The notes beneath the pieces are model-generated. The model did not search any database. It saw nothing but the letters and a program-made list of their open reading frames with translations, and had not been told where the DNA came from. DNA of 64,000 bases from Bugula neritina (taxonomy: Eukaryota > Animalia > Bryozoa): positions 2,698,662 through 2,762,661 of the forward strand of contig OZ037770.1 of NCBI GenBank assembly GCA_964035545.1. The letters are read 5' to 3'. This document shows, in pieces, positions 1-13,100 of this stretch. The stretch's first letter is position 1, and each line of letters opens with the position of its first letter. The position numbers were made by a program, and so were the translations under genes.

Positions 1-688
1 CTACTACCACTAATACTATATTCTACTATCATACATTTACATCCATCATTAACGAAAAAAGATTTCGTATGAAAAAAGCGTTCAATACTTCATGCTTTGG
101 GGAAATCTTAACTCAAAGTTTTTCAATAAAGAATGAATCAGACCGTATCTGTTCAAGTAAATTTAAACTGTAGAATATTCGCAGTTTGCAAGTTTTACTG
201 AATATTTACAAAAAATAATTACTTTTGCTCCTGCAAACAGCTATTAGCTAAACACTTTAATTTATCAAATACTCTTCAAACTACAACCGGAAGTGCATCA
301 ATATTTAGGTAATATAATAAGATATAGCAGAGATGAGGAAGAGGGTAGTCTATACATTGACCACAGGCTATTAAATGACTCATCACAACATCACCATGAG
401 AACTGAAAACCTGCCACAAGGTCAAAAGTTCATTACTAAATCGGCCCAAATTTTCTCAAATTTAGAGTATAGATTCTAAAGATCTATTTTATAACTCATG
501 TTTTATTTAATATTTGTTTAAATTTGTTTACAAACCACAACCATAATTAGCTGAAAGCTATAACACTCCGTTATGAAACAAGTCTATTCAGATACTACTG
601 GTGACATTGTGATGAAAACACTACTTGTGTCAGGCAACAGCCCTACTATAGTACACTATGTACTCTGAGAGAGAACTGAGCTGGTTAC

Positions 689-3383
689 TTTGGTTTCCTG
701 TAGATGAGTCCGTAGGATTGGCAAGCCCGACCCACGGTAGGGGTGTAGACAATGGGGAGAATATTCTCTATGTCTTCCTTCAGTATCCTGTAGAACAGCT
801 TTTCACTACGGTCCTGGCAATATACATGTATTACATCATACTATACACTCATGTGTAGTGTGTATTACATTATACTATACACTGTGTAGTGTGTATTACA
901 TTATATTATATACTGTGTAGTGTGTTATATTGCGTTATATTTTGCAAAGGTTTTAGCCCAAATGAATAGTTTTAAATATATTATTCATTAAAACAAATGT
1001 AGAAAGCAGCTGTGGTCTAGGGGTTAGAGTGTATTGCATAGTAAGCAAGAAACCATGGGTTTGAACCCCAGTAAACGCCATTGGTGATGTTAAGAAGAGC
1101 ATCCAGTAATAATTGCTCTTGTGCCTCATATGAAAAGTCCTTAGCCTGATTTAACAAAAACCCCTCCCATCAGGGTTTTCTCACATGGATGGTGACTATA
1201 GACTTGTGTGCGTTATAAAAATGTGGTATAGTATAGTAAGATGCATCATAAGATACATTGGCACGTCAAATGGCAAAATATAATATATATACAATATTAT
1301 GTCATGTGCAGTAATATCTATATTATCAAAAACACATGTTATAATAATATAGTAGTACACCATGTGAGATTATATTGTAGTGTGTCATCACACGTCAATT
1401 CTCATACATCAGTCTTATAGCGACTAGCATATGACTTCATGTACAGGGTGATGGAACTAACAGCCTAAATAGAGAGCATCTCCTGGGGGGGAGTAAAACA
1501 GAACACCATGTAGCTGTGATGACACTTACCTGTAGCATACTCAGGTAAATGTGCTTCTCAAGGTCATCTTTGTACTTGTCAAGGTTAGCCCGCAATCTCT
1601 TCACCTGCAGGTCCTGAGTGAGTAGGGCCGGGGGTAGGAGACCCTGAATGCCCAGTATCTGCCTCTCCTTCAAGGTGAAGGCCATTCCCTGTAGAAAACT
1701 ATACATAATAAGTCATATAAAATACAGAATTCACTTGAATATTTGCTCGAAACTTGACACTAGGCCGTTAAAAAGTGTCCCAAATGTCACATGGTTTCTG
1801 AAATGAAAACTAAATGCTGCAAGAATGATACAGTATTCTTAAATTTTCTTATTTTGGGCAAAGGAATTGCCTCTTGTTTCACCAATAACGCCCTGATCAC
1901 ACGACTTGGAGATAAATTGAAATTGAATTCACTTGTTTGATTCAAAAGAGAATTTGCAAATATGTACCATGTAGTGCAAATAATTTGTCCATCTGCAGAA
2001 AATAGCTTCATTGTGAATTTATAAAATAGAAAGAAGTAAAAGCAGAGTCGGAAAAAAATATTTTAATGGGTCAAATTTGTCAAAAATCTCTATTCAACTG
2101 CCAGGTGTATGCTTCCATCCCAGGTAAGTATAATACTCAGTATATACTGCTGTCCCAGGTGAGTATAATACTCAGTATATACTGCTGTCACAGGTAAGTA
2201 TAATACTCAGTATATACTGCTGTCACAGGTAAGTATAATACTTAGTATATACTGCTGTCCCAGGTGAGTATAATACTCAGTATATACTGCTGTCACAGGT
2301 AAGTATAATACTCAGTATATACTGCTGTCACAGGTAAGTATAATACTCAGTATATACTGCTGTCACAGGTAAGTATAATACTTAGTATATACTGCTGTCC
2401 CAGGTGAGTATAATACTCAGTATATACTGCTGTCACAGGTAAGTATAATACTCAGTATATACTGCTGTCACAGGTAAGTATAATACTCAGTATATACTGC
2501 TGTCACAGGTAAGTATAATACTCAGTATATACTGCTGTCACAGGTGAGTATAATACTTAGTATATACTGCTGTCACAGGTAGGTATAATACGCAGTATAT
2601 ACTGCTGTCACAGGTGAGTATAATACTCAGTATATACTGCTGTCGCAGGTGAGTATAATATTTAGTATATACTGCTGTCACAGGTAAGTATAATACTCAG
2701 TATATACTGCTGTCACAGGTAAGTATAATACTCAGTATATACTGCTGTCACAGGTAAGTATAATATTTAGTATATACTGCTGTCACAGGTGAGTATAATA
2801 CTTAGTATATACTGCTGTCACAGGTAAGTATAATACTCAGTGTATACTGCTGTCACAGGTAAGTATAATACTTAGTATATACTGCTGTCACAGGTAAGCA
2901 TAATACTCAGTATATACTGCTGTCACAGGTAAGTATAATACTCAGTATATACTGCTGTCACAGGTAAGTATAATACTCAGTATATACTGCTGTCACAGGT
3001 AAGTATAATACTCAGTATATACTGCTGTCACAGGTGAGTATAATACTCAGTATATACTGCTGTCACAGGTAAGTATAATACTCAGGTATATACTGCTGTC
3101 ACAGGTAAGTATAATACTCAGTATATACTGCTGTCACAGGTGAGTATAATACTAAGTATATACTGCTGTCACAGGTGAGTATAATACTCAGGTATATCAC
3201 AGTAACGCTCACCTTGTTGATATCTGGTTTCCTGAGGACATCAATACCACGCTGCCTCAGGTAACTTATCTGAACCTTCTTTGAACCACGCTGAGAAGAG
3301 CTGGTGTGAAGGGAGGAGCTGCCGTGACACGCGCCAGCACGTGATTGGACATGGCGAAAGTAAATTGAAAGTTTACTCGACAT
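689..3383 (-). CDS. ME1/ME2/ME3: Malic enzyme (NAD(P)-dependent, probably mitochondrial), 5' part; continues beyond the left edge
   Basis: Exons 3383-3213, 1688-1530, 813-689, all GT-AG and in frame. They give [15 protein letters not shown]...[33 protein letters not shown]...[52 protein letters not shown], the malic enzyme signature. The Ser/Arg-rich, acid-free N-terminus resembles a mitochondrial presequence. Paralogue cannot be resolved. Confidence 0.95.
1006..1215 (+). mobile_element. tRNA-derived SINE, near full length
   Basis: A-box TGGTCTAGGGG, B-box GGTTTGAACCC and core GGTGATGTTAAGAAGAGCATCCAGT; related copies at 16838, 43790, 49718 and 56972. Confidence 0.8.
2116..3195. repeat. 35-bp minisatellite (~31 copies) in malic enzyme intron
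   Basis: Unit CACAGGTAAGTATAATACTCAGTATATACTGCTGT, head-to-tail, no spacers. Confidence 0.97.
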
Positions 3384-3443
3384 TTGCCTAGAACATAAAT
3401 ATTTCACCCGATAGCTGATAGTCAAAGCATTTATCTCCTAGTT

Positions 3444-3753
3444 CAGGGTTGTCCAACAGGCAACCCCAGGGCCAGATGTGGCCCCCAGCCTAAAATTTGT
3501 TGTTTACACATATACATGAATTAAAGTGATAATCACCTTTTGAATGTCCTATTTATACACATGCTACAAAACAGGCAGCCTGCATTAACTATTGGAAGTT
3601 TAATGTGTAATGACTCAGGAGAATTTGGAGCAAAATAATTTGAAAAATACTGATACTGTGGCCCCTCAGCTCAAGTTAAAGTTTAGAATGTGGCCCTTGC
3701 CACGAAATATTCCCTTTCAGTGGCCCTTGGTCTGAGAAAGTTGGACACCCCTG
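3444..3753. mobile_element. hAT-type (Charlie-like) MITE
   Basis: TIRs CAGGGTTGTCCAAC / GTTGGACACCCCTG, subterminal TGGCCC motifs, perfect 8-bp TSD TCCTAGTT (3436-3443, 3754-3761). Confidence 0.9.
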
Positions 3754-5399
3754 TCCTAGTTCTTTAGTCATAATAAGAATACTTGAAATAAAAATAAAGA
3801 AATCAATTCAGTAAAAGTAAAAGGGAGATAAATTATTACAGAGTTGAAGCATAAAACAAGACTGAATGCAATATATACATTTATTAAATTACTAGAATTA
3901 ATCAGTTCTACAGTGACGACAACTGGTAATCAGAATTTCAATGATGGTTCAAAGAACAGTCAAATTGAATTTTAAAAATATATTTCTTGTCATAGAAAAT
4001 TTAGACACACACAATTCTGACGGCTACTTATTTTATGACCTTTTAACTTCTTCCAGACTGTATTTTTAAAATATTTATAACTATATGGTATAAACTTAAA
4101 ATGTGATTAACATTTAGAAAGGTCATTGTGCAGCAGTAACATACTTATCTATCCATAGATATTGTATAGGAAATTAAAATAATATATAAATTAAAATGGC
4201 CATAGACTTTGCATGCAGTATTTCAATTTATTTTGCTATTGAAGGTGACAATCTATAACAATTTGTAAATATACTTATTTGTATTAGAAATATTGCAATA
4301 ATAAGTATAATATAAACTTTTCAGCATCAATAACCAAAATAATATCATTATCATTATGAAAACCACAATTCTGCTATCTTAATGAGCTAAATGTAAATGA
4401 CAATATTTAAACCAGCATTAATATGACAATCTCTATGAACATGGCCATAATTATAACAGTCATGATGTCGATGATAATAATAGCTATAATGTTGATATTT
4501 ATAACAACTACAGTCATTAATTAATATCAAATTACTATTATGATTAACATTATGATTATCACTATATTCATAAGTTAGGCTATATTTCATTCTATAATAG
4601 TAATACTAAGTCTAATGGTAATTAATCAGTATACATCATGATTTATTCTAAATAATAATTTATTGTCATTGTAATTATCATTTTTAAAACAAGAATGTAG
4701 AAATTATAATACATTTAATAATAATTCAAAACTTGAACTGAACTTGAAGTTAAACAGCAAACTACACTTACAATTACTCTTAGTAAGACTGTCTTAGTGT
4801 TACAGCAAATGTTAACTTTAACATTAAGCATACCTACGTAATGATTACCAATTAATGAACCATGAATGATCATTATTATTACTACTAGGCCTACTACTAC
4901 TAGTATTAGTATTCTATTAGCATTAGTATTACTATTACTATTGCTATTAGTATTAGTATTAGACTTAGTTAGTATTACTTTACTATTACTATTACTATTA
5001 GCCTTAGGCTTAGAGTTAGCTTTAAGGCAGAACCGTATTTATATTAATAATTATTATTGGCCTAAATTAAAAATCTAATGAATAAATAATATTATTAATA
5101 TTTTATTAATATGAATATCATTATCATACAGTGATTATCATTATGATTATGATTATCAATTTTAAAAGTAAATTTATAACAAAGTGAAAGTCTAAAGCAT
5201 ACATTATCATTATGATTAATTTTAAAATAAACATATAAAAATCTCGAATCATTTCATGTGATTAACAATTGATTAGAACTATTAGATGTACTAGAGCAAT
5301 TGGCATTGTAAAGTAGAAAGTTGTGGCAAAGAGCTGTTTTGCTAGATCTAATTGAATTTGTCGAATGCATTTAATTTTATAAAATTAAATACTAATAAA

Positions 5400-6066
5400 T
5401 TACTTCTACCATTTAATTCAAATCGGAAGTTTTGAACGCTCGCGAAAGTTTGCTCGCTGTTACTAATAAAAACAATTCACTGAATAAATATTTAAAATGA
5501 TAAATTGATTTATTTTAATGATTATTTGACTGTAAAATTTTTATTTTTATTTTGTGTTTGCAACAACTTTCATAATTGTGATTTTAACTTCTTTTTGAAT
5601 AGTTATCTTCTCATTAATACCAAGAGAGCACAACTACAGATAAATGTTGTTCGCTGCACTATTATAATATAAATATTATAATTATTATCAATATAATTTG
5701 TATTCGTAGATAGATATATATGTGTACATGTATATGTATACACATACGTAGATGTTATATGTCTGCGTGCGTGCGTGCGTGCGTGCGTGCGTATGTGCGT
5801 GCATTTACATTTCATGTTAATTTTGACAACTGAAACAAAGCAAGAAAGCATTTATACTATTATCCTTTGAAACTTTTGAATTGATTAAATTAGATCAGCA
5901 ATAACAGACTTAAAATAAACCAGCGGAAAATATTCTTTAAATTTTAGTATTATATCAACTTTGCCCAATGAGAGCCCGGCGTTATATATTGAATCAAACA
6001 GTGCTTGCAACTTAAACTAAAGTACGATTCAGCTCGGATGTTGACAAAAATGGCTGAAATTTGCTG
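5400..6066. promoter_or_regulatory. Probable divergent promoter region (malic enzyme and a + strand transcript)
   Basis: Local CpG enrichment; CGGAAG (ETS-type) and TCGCGA at ~5424-5445; minus-strand donor-like site at ~5403; AAAATGGC followed by a strong + strand donor TG|GTAAGT at 6066. Confidence 0.4.
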
Positions 6067-6474
6067 GTAAGTGTGAATAGGGAGTATGTTTGCAGCCTTC
6101 TGAAAAGCTCAACCATATTTACTACATTGAGATGGTAGCTGCCTTTCAAGTATCTAATTTATACTAGAGTGAACATTTTACAAAGAGAAAGGAAAAATGT
6201 ATTAGAAAGTATATATGAGATAAAAATAAAATGAAAAATATAAACCTGACACCTGCAGTGTGGTGCTTGCTGCAGCGACCACGCAGGTATGGTATAAAGT
6301 GCCAAATGATCAAAAATTTGATTATTATTTATTACTGTATCTCATATGCTTATAATAAAGTATCTAGCCATTATTCTCTCTCATATGCTCACAAAACGCT
6401 CTCATTATAGGTCTATAATTTGCTCTCATACCCTTATTTTTCGTGCTCTTATAGGTGCATGCATCATTGTTTAA
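6050..6474 (+). CDS. Candidate spliced micropeptide MAEICCDHAGACIIV ending in CaaX (hypothetical)
   Basis: Exons 6050-6066, 6276-6286, 6455-6474 with GT-AG sites; AATAAA at 6601. Other splice choices give other short ORFs. Confidence 0.3.
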
Positions 6475-7106
6475 CACCGATTTACTGATGAATGTTTTTA
6501 TGACAGCTTTCTATAGAGTACCTGCATATTATAAAACAACCTGTAAAACTAGTAACAGTATTTTATAATGCTGTGATGTATGAAGAAATTTAGTTTTACC
6601 AATAAAGACTTTTCTGTGCTTGAGAATTTAAAATAATGTTATAATTTCCCTAAACCTACAGATCCATGTCTATAGGTGTCACGCAATGTCATTTTGCATG
6701 GCAACAGTAACTTGAGTAAACAGGAAATTGCAATAAAGTAAAAAGGCATAAAAATTCCTCTTAATCTTATTTAAATATTATTAAATCCTGGTATCAGCAT
6801 AATGTAGAAGCTGAATATCTTGGAACTTCAATAAGTATACATTTTTGTTTTGTTTAGCCCGAGTGCTTTATTACAAAAACGACAGCGTACAGGGAAACGC
6901 ACAAACATCTGTATTCACAAGAGCTGGTGTTTGTAGGCCACATGAGGTCTTGTGTTAACATCACATGGTGACTTTGTTTGCTACTGAACGTGGATACGTC
7001 AGTAGTATCTCATTCAGGATATGTACTAGGGAGTTGTATTGTAGACTCGCTCTTTTGTTTGAGGGGCAGGAAAATAATAAGGTCCGGTGGAAAACGTGTG
7101 ACTTGA

Positions 7107-10100
7107 TCATTCAGGTTTCTTCACTCGCTTTCGCCTAAAACAATATACTATAGTATATTTACGTATGCTTAACATATTGTTTACAATCTATTGGATATAC
7201 TAATACGCTATATATATTACACTGTATGCGCTAATACAGTGCACATACTATAACAATGCATGTAATATACTAATACACAGTATATTCATTCTGGTTCATA
7301 TAGTAATAAACTCATGCAAGGGCGTATACTAATACAGTGAGTGCATTAATTCTAGTAGCATACACTAAAACAAAGAATATATTACGGTGCATATTATGCT
7401 AATATAACGTGTGTATATTGTTGTAGTGTATATTATAGTATCACACAGCATATATTATAATGTGTAAGATGGCAGCATCTACTATATGGGAATACATATG
7501 TAGTACGGATATAAAGTATATCCTAAAGTGTGACAGACATACTTTCGGCCGGCAGGTAAATCTCCTTCTTTATTCAACCCTTTGGCACCAGCAGCTCCGT
7601 TAGGTTTGAGAGAGTCACCATTGGCTGCCCCTTGCTACAAACATTGTTACCAGTTTATTAAAACCCTGACTAACATTGTATAGCCGATCAGATTGCGCTA
7701 CATGAATAGAAAAAACTGGTCACATGATCAGTATACTGGTCACATGACCAATATACTGATCATATGACAAGTATACTGATCACATGACAAGTATGCTGAT
7801 TATACTAATTTATCATTATAGTTTCAGTGATACCAAAGTTATTGACCAGTTACCAATGGCCAGCGTTGATCAACAGGAAATGAAAATTACTAAATTATTC
7901 TCTCTAGACACACTTTGTCGTATTGTAGGCTGTAGCAGCAAATGTCAGCCATTGCTTTAAAAAAGTTGTGTGTGGCTACTATTGGAAAGGAAGACGTTTG
8001 TATCAACTCATTGGATATAAATGTCCAATAGATCGTACCCAGTAAATAGCGGACTTTGAGAACTTCAGCCCAAACACATTAAAATGGCTGGTATTTTACG
8101 TTAGAGCCTACGATACAGCAAGTTGTGTCTTATAGGAAGATTAACTTTAAATTATTTCTTCTTTTTGCTATGACAAAAGCTCAACCTTTGTGAATAGAAA
8201 GCATTAAAGCAACCTATACACTGTTGGACGATGGACACAATCTTACCTTTGATTTTTTCTTCCCACGAGCCTTGTCAGCAGGTAGTTGCTCATTGGACGA
8301 TGAGCTGGCACTGAGGGAGGAGACACTGGCAGTGGGCGTGTCTAAACATGTACAGATATGTATCAATATAAATTTACTTCGTGCAAAATAATGGTATAGT
8401 TTTATATTGCATGGCACTTAGTAGGCACATCTGTATTGTTTCAGTTATAACAGCACACTCACGCACACACACGCACACACGCTCACACACACACAGCTAC
8501 GTACCGATAGCAAAGTCAGCTCTGATGCCGCTGCCTCCAGGGTTGACTATAGAAGCACCAGAATGTGATGCCTTGTATTCTGATTTCCTCTGCTGGAAAA
8601 GTGCCTTCGTCTGATTCTTCCTACAGTTTGAAATATAATACTTGTTATGTCATCATCTATACATAGTCTCCACTTTATATAGCATTGGCTGCTTGCTAAC
8701 ATGAAAAAGTAGGCAGGGAGGGGTTGTTATATATCACCCTTATCCTGATTAGAAATATGCAAGTGACTTTTTAGTATCTGCAGTGAGATTCCCATTTATA
8801 ATGAGTGAACCTGCAAGGGTTTAGAGCTTTTATTTTAAATATGCAACTAAAATATGAGTAGTTTAGGTTTGACAATAATATCCCAAATAATATTTTCAAT
8901 AAATGTTACACATGTATATATAGAGCTTTTGCTCACGAAAAACTTTGACTAAAAAGTGATAGGGGGGTGAAGCCTATTGTCATATGATGCATTTCATGTA
9001 TATATTATAATAAACATTACAGCGTACATTGATAGGTATAGGCTACTGTGTTGATGGTCACAGTATAATACTAGTCACACTATAATACTAGTCACAGTAT
9101 AATACTATAGTCACAGTGTATAATTAGTTATACTACATTGATAGTCACAGTATAATACTAGTCACAGTTGTAATTAGTTATAATATGTTGATGGCCACGG
9201 TATAGTAATAGTCATACTACATTATCCAAATGGTGATTATGATTTCTATTATTAATGTTTAACTGACAATCAACACTAATATGACGGCTACTATCATTAC
9301 ATATAAGGGATTACGCAAAAAAAAACACTTTATGTCAATGTGCACTATATAATAGGATTTTGACCATTGGACCATTATATTTTATTAGCTTACACTGCAC
9401 GGGGTGATAACTCCAACAATATACATTCAAACACCTTGGTACAGGGCTGTCCGACAGGCGGCCCTAGAGCCAGGTACAGCCCACAGCCCACGTTTATGTG
9501 GCCCTCAAAGGCATAAAAAATAAAGTCCTTTTGTACACATATATGAATTAGTGCAACAAACCACTTTCTAAATGTTTTATTTATATGTAGATATGCTTAA
9601 AACGCGGCCTGCAGTGATTATTAGGATTTCACTGTGTAATGATTCATAGGAATTTTGAATAGAGCAATTTGAAAAAATACTGATGCTTTGACCCCCAACT
9701 AAAGCCAAGTTTTACAATGTAGCCTTCGGACGGGAATACTCCATTTCAGTGGCCTTCACTGTGAAAAGGTTGGACACCCCTACCTTAGTCTATTATTGAC
9801 TTAGCTCTAGAGCTACACAGTGTAATTCTTACCAGAACTCAGAGCCCTGCGAGGAAAGTGTGGCTATATTCTTCCTCCTGAAACACATTGAATATATTAC
9901 AACCCACATCAATACATAAACTTAACATATTCTCATTGAATAGATCTCCAAAGTTACAAAGCTTTCACAAGTTGAACATAGAAATATGTTGTTTAATTAT
10001 CATTGCATAGCAACAGAATATGTGTGAGTGTGTGTGTGTGTGAATATGTGTGTGAGTGCGAGTGCGATTGCGAGTGCGTGTGTGTGTGTGTGTGTTCAGT

Positions 10101-13100
10101 GAACTTACTTCTCCATTTCCTTCTTAATCTCAGGAGTTATCTTAGCACTCACAGGTCCACCGACAAACATCTTAGATAGAGATCTACAGTTACATTACAG
10201 AGAATAGAAAGTAGTTGAAGTATGACTCAGAGTTGTATACTTTATAGAGATATGAGTATATAATATAACAGAGTATATAATATAACAGAGTATATAATAT
10301 AGCAGAGTATAATAGAATATAACAGAGTATGTTATATAATAGAGTACTTGTATAATATATCTGTGTACTAGTGTTCATTATAAATAGTTTAGTATATAAT
10401 AGAACAAATGGTGTAGCATATAACATATCAAACTTTATAGAAGTGCTAGTAAATAAAAGTCCATAGATTATAGAGCAAATAATAAATGATTATGAATATA
10501 TGCTATAGATTATATGCTATTGTTCTATCAAACACCTACTTTTCAGAAGGCTTCAGTAAAGTTCCACTTATAACTCCTTTTGGATTCACGGATCTTCAAA
10601 ATGGGTAATATGATTAGTAATATAATATAATAATATGCAGTTGCAATATAATGTACTAGCAGTTGTAATATAATATACTAATAGCAGTTGTAATATAATA
10701 TACTAATAGCAGTTGTAATATAATATACTAATAGCTGTAATATAAACTATTATCAGTAAAATAATATAAACTAGCATCAGTAATAATTATATAAAATAAC
10801 AGTAATAATATCAACATGTAGCTTCAAACTAGCTTCTATTTCGATTATTTAGCATCAAACAATTATAAATCAACTTCAAATATTTATAATTCAATTTAGT
10901 TAATTGTTTCTGTTGATTCTCACGAAAAAGTTGTTTACTTATCTTTCCTTTTTCACTCCTAAATGTTTTGATGAGTTAGAAAATGGATGACACACACTTA
11001 CTCCATATAATTGATCTTGACGGATGGAGGCGGAGAAGACCCGTTGTTATAGTTTGAAGAAGTTGCTCCAATGCTATGAAAATAAAAACTTGTATTAGTT
11101 TATACAGCTGCAAATTCTTCAGTGTAGAATTGTGCACAGTTTGTGTATCAAATGACTATATTATACTGAAACATCCTGAAATATATGGTAAGATACTGAA
11201 ATATACTGCAACATACCGAAATATACTGTAACATATGGAATATATGTAACATACTCAAATATACTGTAACATACTGAAATATACTGTAACATACTGAAAT
11301 ATACTGTAACATACTGAAATATACTGTAACATACTGAAATATACTTTAACATACTGATATATACGGTAACATACTGAAATATCATATAGAACAGCTACAG
11401 GTGGGGCATATGTTGTTTGTATATGTGTATTATATATATAAAGTATATATAACGTATATATAAAGTATATATAACGTATATATAACGTATATATAACGTA
11501 TATAATATGTATAGATGTGTGTATATGTGTTTAGCTACGTGTGTACATGTGTGTATATGTGCGTGTGCTCGCAAGTGTGTGGGTGAGAATGTGTGTGTGA
11601 TTGTATGTGTGTATGCATTCATGTATATGTGTATGCATTCATGTATATGTGTATCTGTGAGTAGAAGATATCTTAGTCAGCCCTATGAACGCTCTCTAGT
11701 CTATAGACACAGGAAGGAAAGAGAGAGTGTAAAAATATCTAAGAAATTTTCATTTATGGTGAGAAAAAAGTGTTGTCTTACCATTGTTTGCGTATCCGGA
11801 CACATTTATCTCTGAATATGAATATGCAGACGACCACAATAGACACGAGTATGGTGACTCCAACAATGGCCACTATCAGGATGTACACATACCCCCTCCT
11901 CCCTTGAAACACCTGCAAACAATCAATATGAGGATATCTATCCTAAACATGGCATGGTGCATGGGTTTTCAGCACAGATGATTTTTCAGTACTTCTTTAT
12001 AAATATCATTTTCATCGCATTCAATGTTTAACTCTCAAAGCAATGTGTGGTGGTGATTTAGTCCTTTTTTATTTTATTAAAGAAAATTGTTTTGTGAAAA
12101 AAAGAACTTTTAATTACAGATTACAGTTAGTAGTATAGTTAGCAGAAGTTAGCAGAAGTTAGTATAATAGTTAGTAGAAGTTATAAGTAGAAGTTATAAG
12201 TAGAAGTTATATAAGTAGAAGTTATAAGTAGAAGTTAGTAGAAGTTAGTAGAAGTTATAAGTATAGAAGTTAGTAGAAGTTATTAGAAGTTAGTAGCAGT
12301 TAGTAGAAGTTATTAGAAGTTAGTAGCAGTTAGTAGAAGTTAGTAGAAGTTAGTAGAAGTTAGTAGAAGTTAGTAGAAGTTAGTAGAAGTTAGTAGAAGT
12401 TAGTAGAAGTTAGTGGAAGTTAGTAGAAGTTAGTAGAAGTTAGTAAAAGTTAGTAAAAGTTGGTAGAAGTTAGTAGAAGTTTGTAGAAGTTAGTAGTAGT
12501 TAGTAGAGAAGCTAGTAGAAGTTAGCAGAAGTTAGCAGAAGTAAGTAGAAGTTAGTAGTAGTTAGTAGAAGTTAGTAGAAGTTATAAGTAGAAGTTAGTA
12601 GAAGTTAGTAGAAGTTAGTAGAAGTTAGTAGAAGCTAGTAGATGTTAGTAGAAGTTAGTAGATATTAGTAGAAGTTAGTAGAAGGTTATATAAGAGCTAG
12701 CAATATACATGAAACATGTGAAGAAGGATGATATACCTGAAAAGGATCTGATTGACTGATTTGCTCATTTATATCTGACAGCTAAAGAATAAATAAAGTT
12801 CTGTATGTTGTAACATATCATTGTGCATAATAATATAAGTGTTTATTGTAACATAATACATTGTATTATACTGTGATATGTGTTGTATGTTACAATCCTA
12901 CATCTACTATACATTGTTCACTATAAAACAAGGACTTCAACTGCCATTCAGTTAGTTGCAGCTTTCCAAGTGCAACAGCATCATGTTTAATGTATTGAGT
13001 TAGCTGACATGAAGAATGTTTTATATGAGGCAAATATGTTTGAGCCTGCTGCAACTGAGATTTTGTAATAATATGAACCAATATGACTCACAGCTGTTAC

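Noticed and set aside
658-858. 66-aa + strand ORF
   Set aside because: Antisense shadow of malic enzyme exon 813-689.
2116-3195. 35-bp repeats as a CRISPR array
   Set aside because: Head-to-tail units with no unique spacers, eukaryotic intron context, no cas genes.
7020-7109. Stop-codon readthrough after the membrane-protein TGA
   Set aside because: Context is TGA-T rather than TGA-C, and the open stretch after it is unremarkable.
11161-11815. Tyr/Ile/Cys/Val-rich ORFs
   Set aside because: Derived from 20-bp, TA and TG simple repeats in an intron.
12890-13081. 63-aa ORF MVHIITKSQ...
   Set aside because: Lies in the intron after the GCT|GTGAGT donor at 13092; no splice or motif support.
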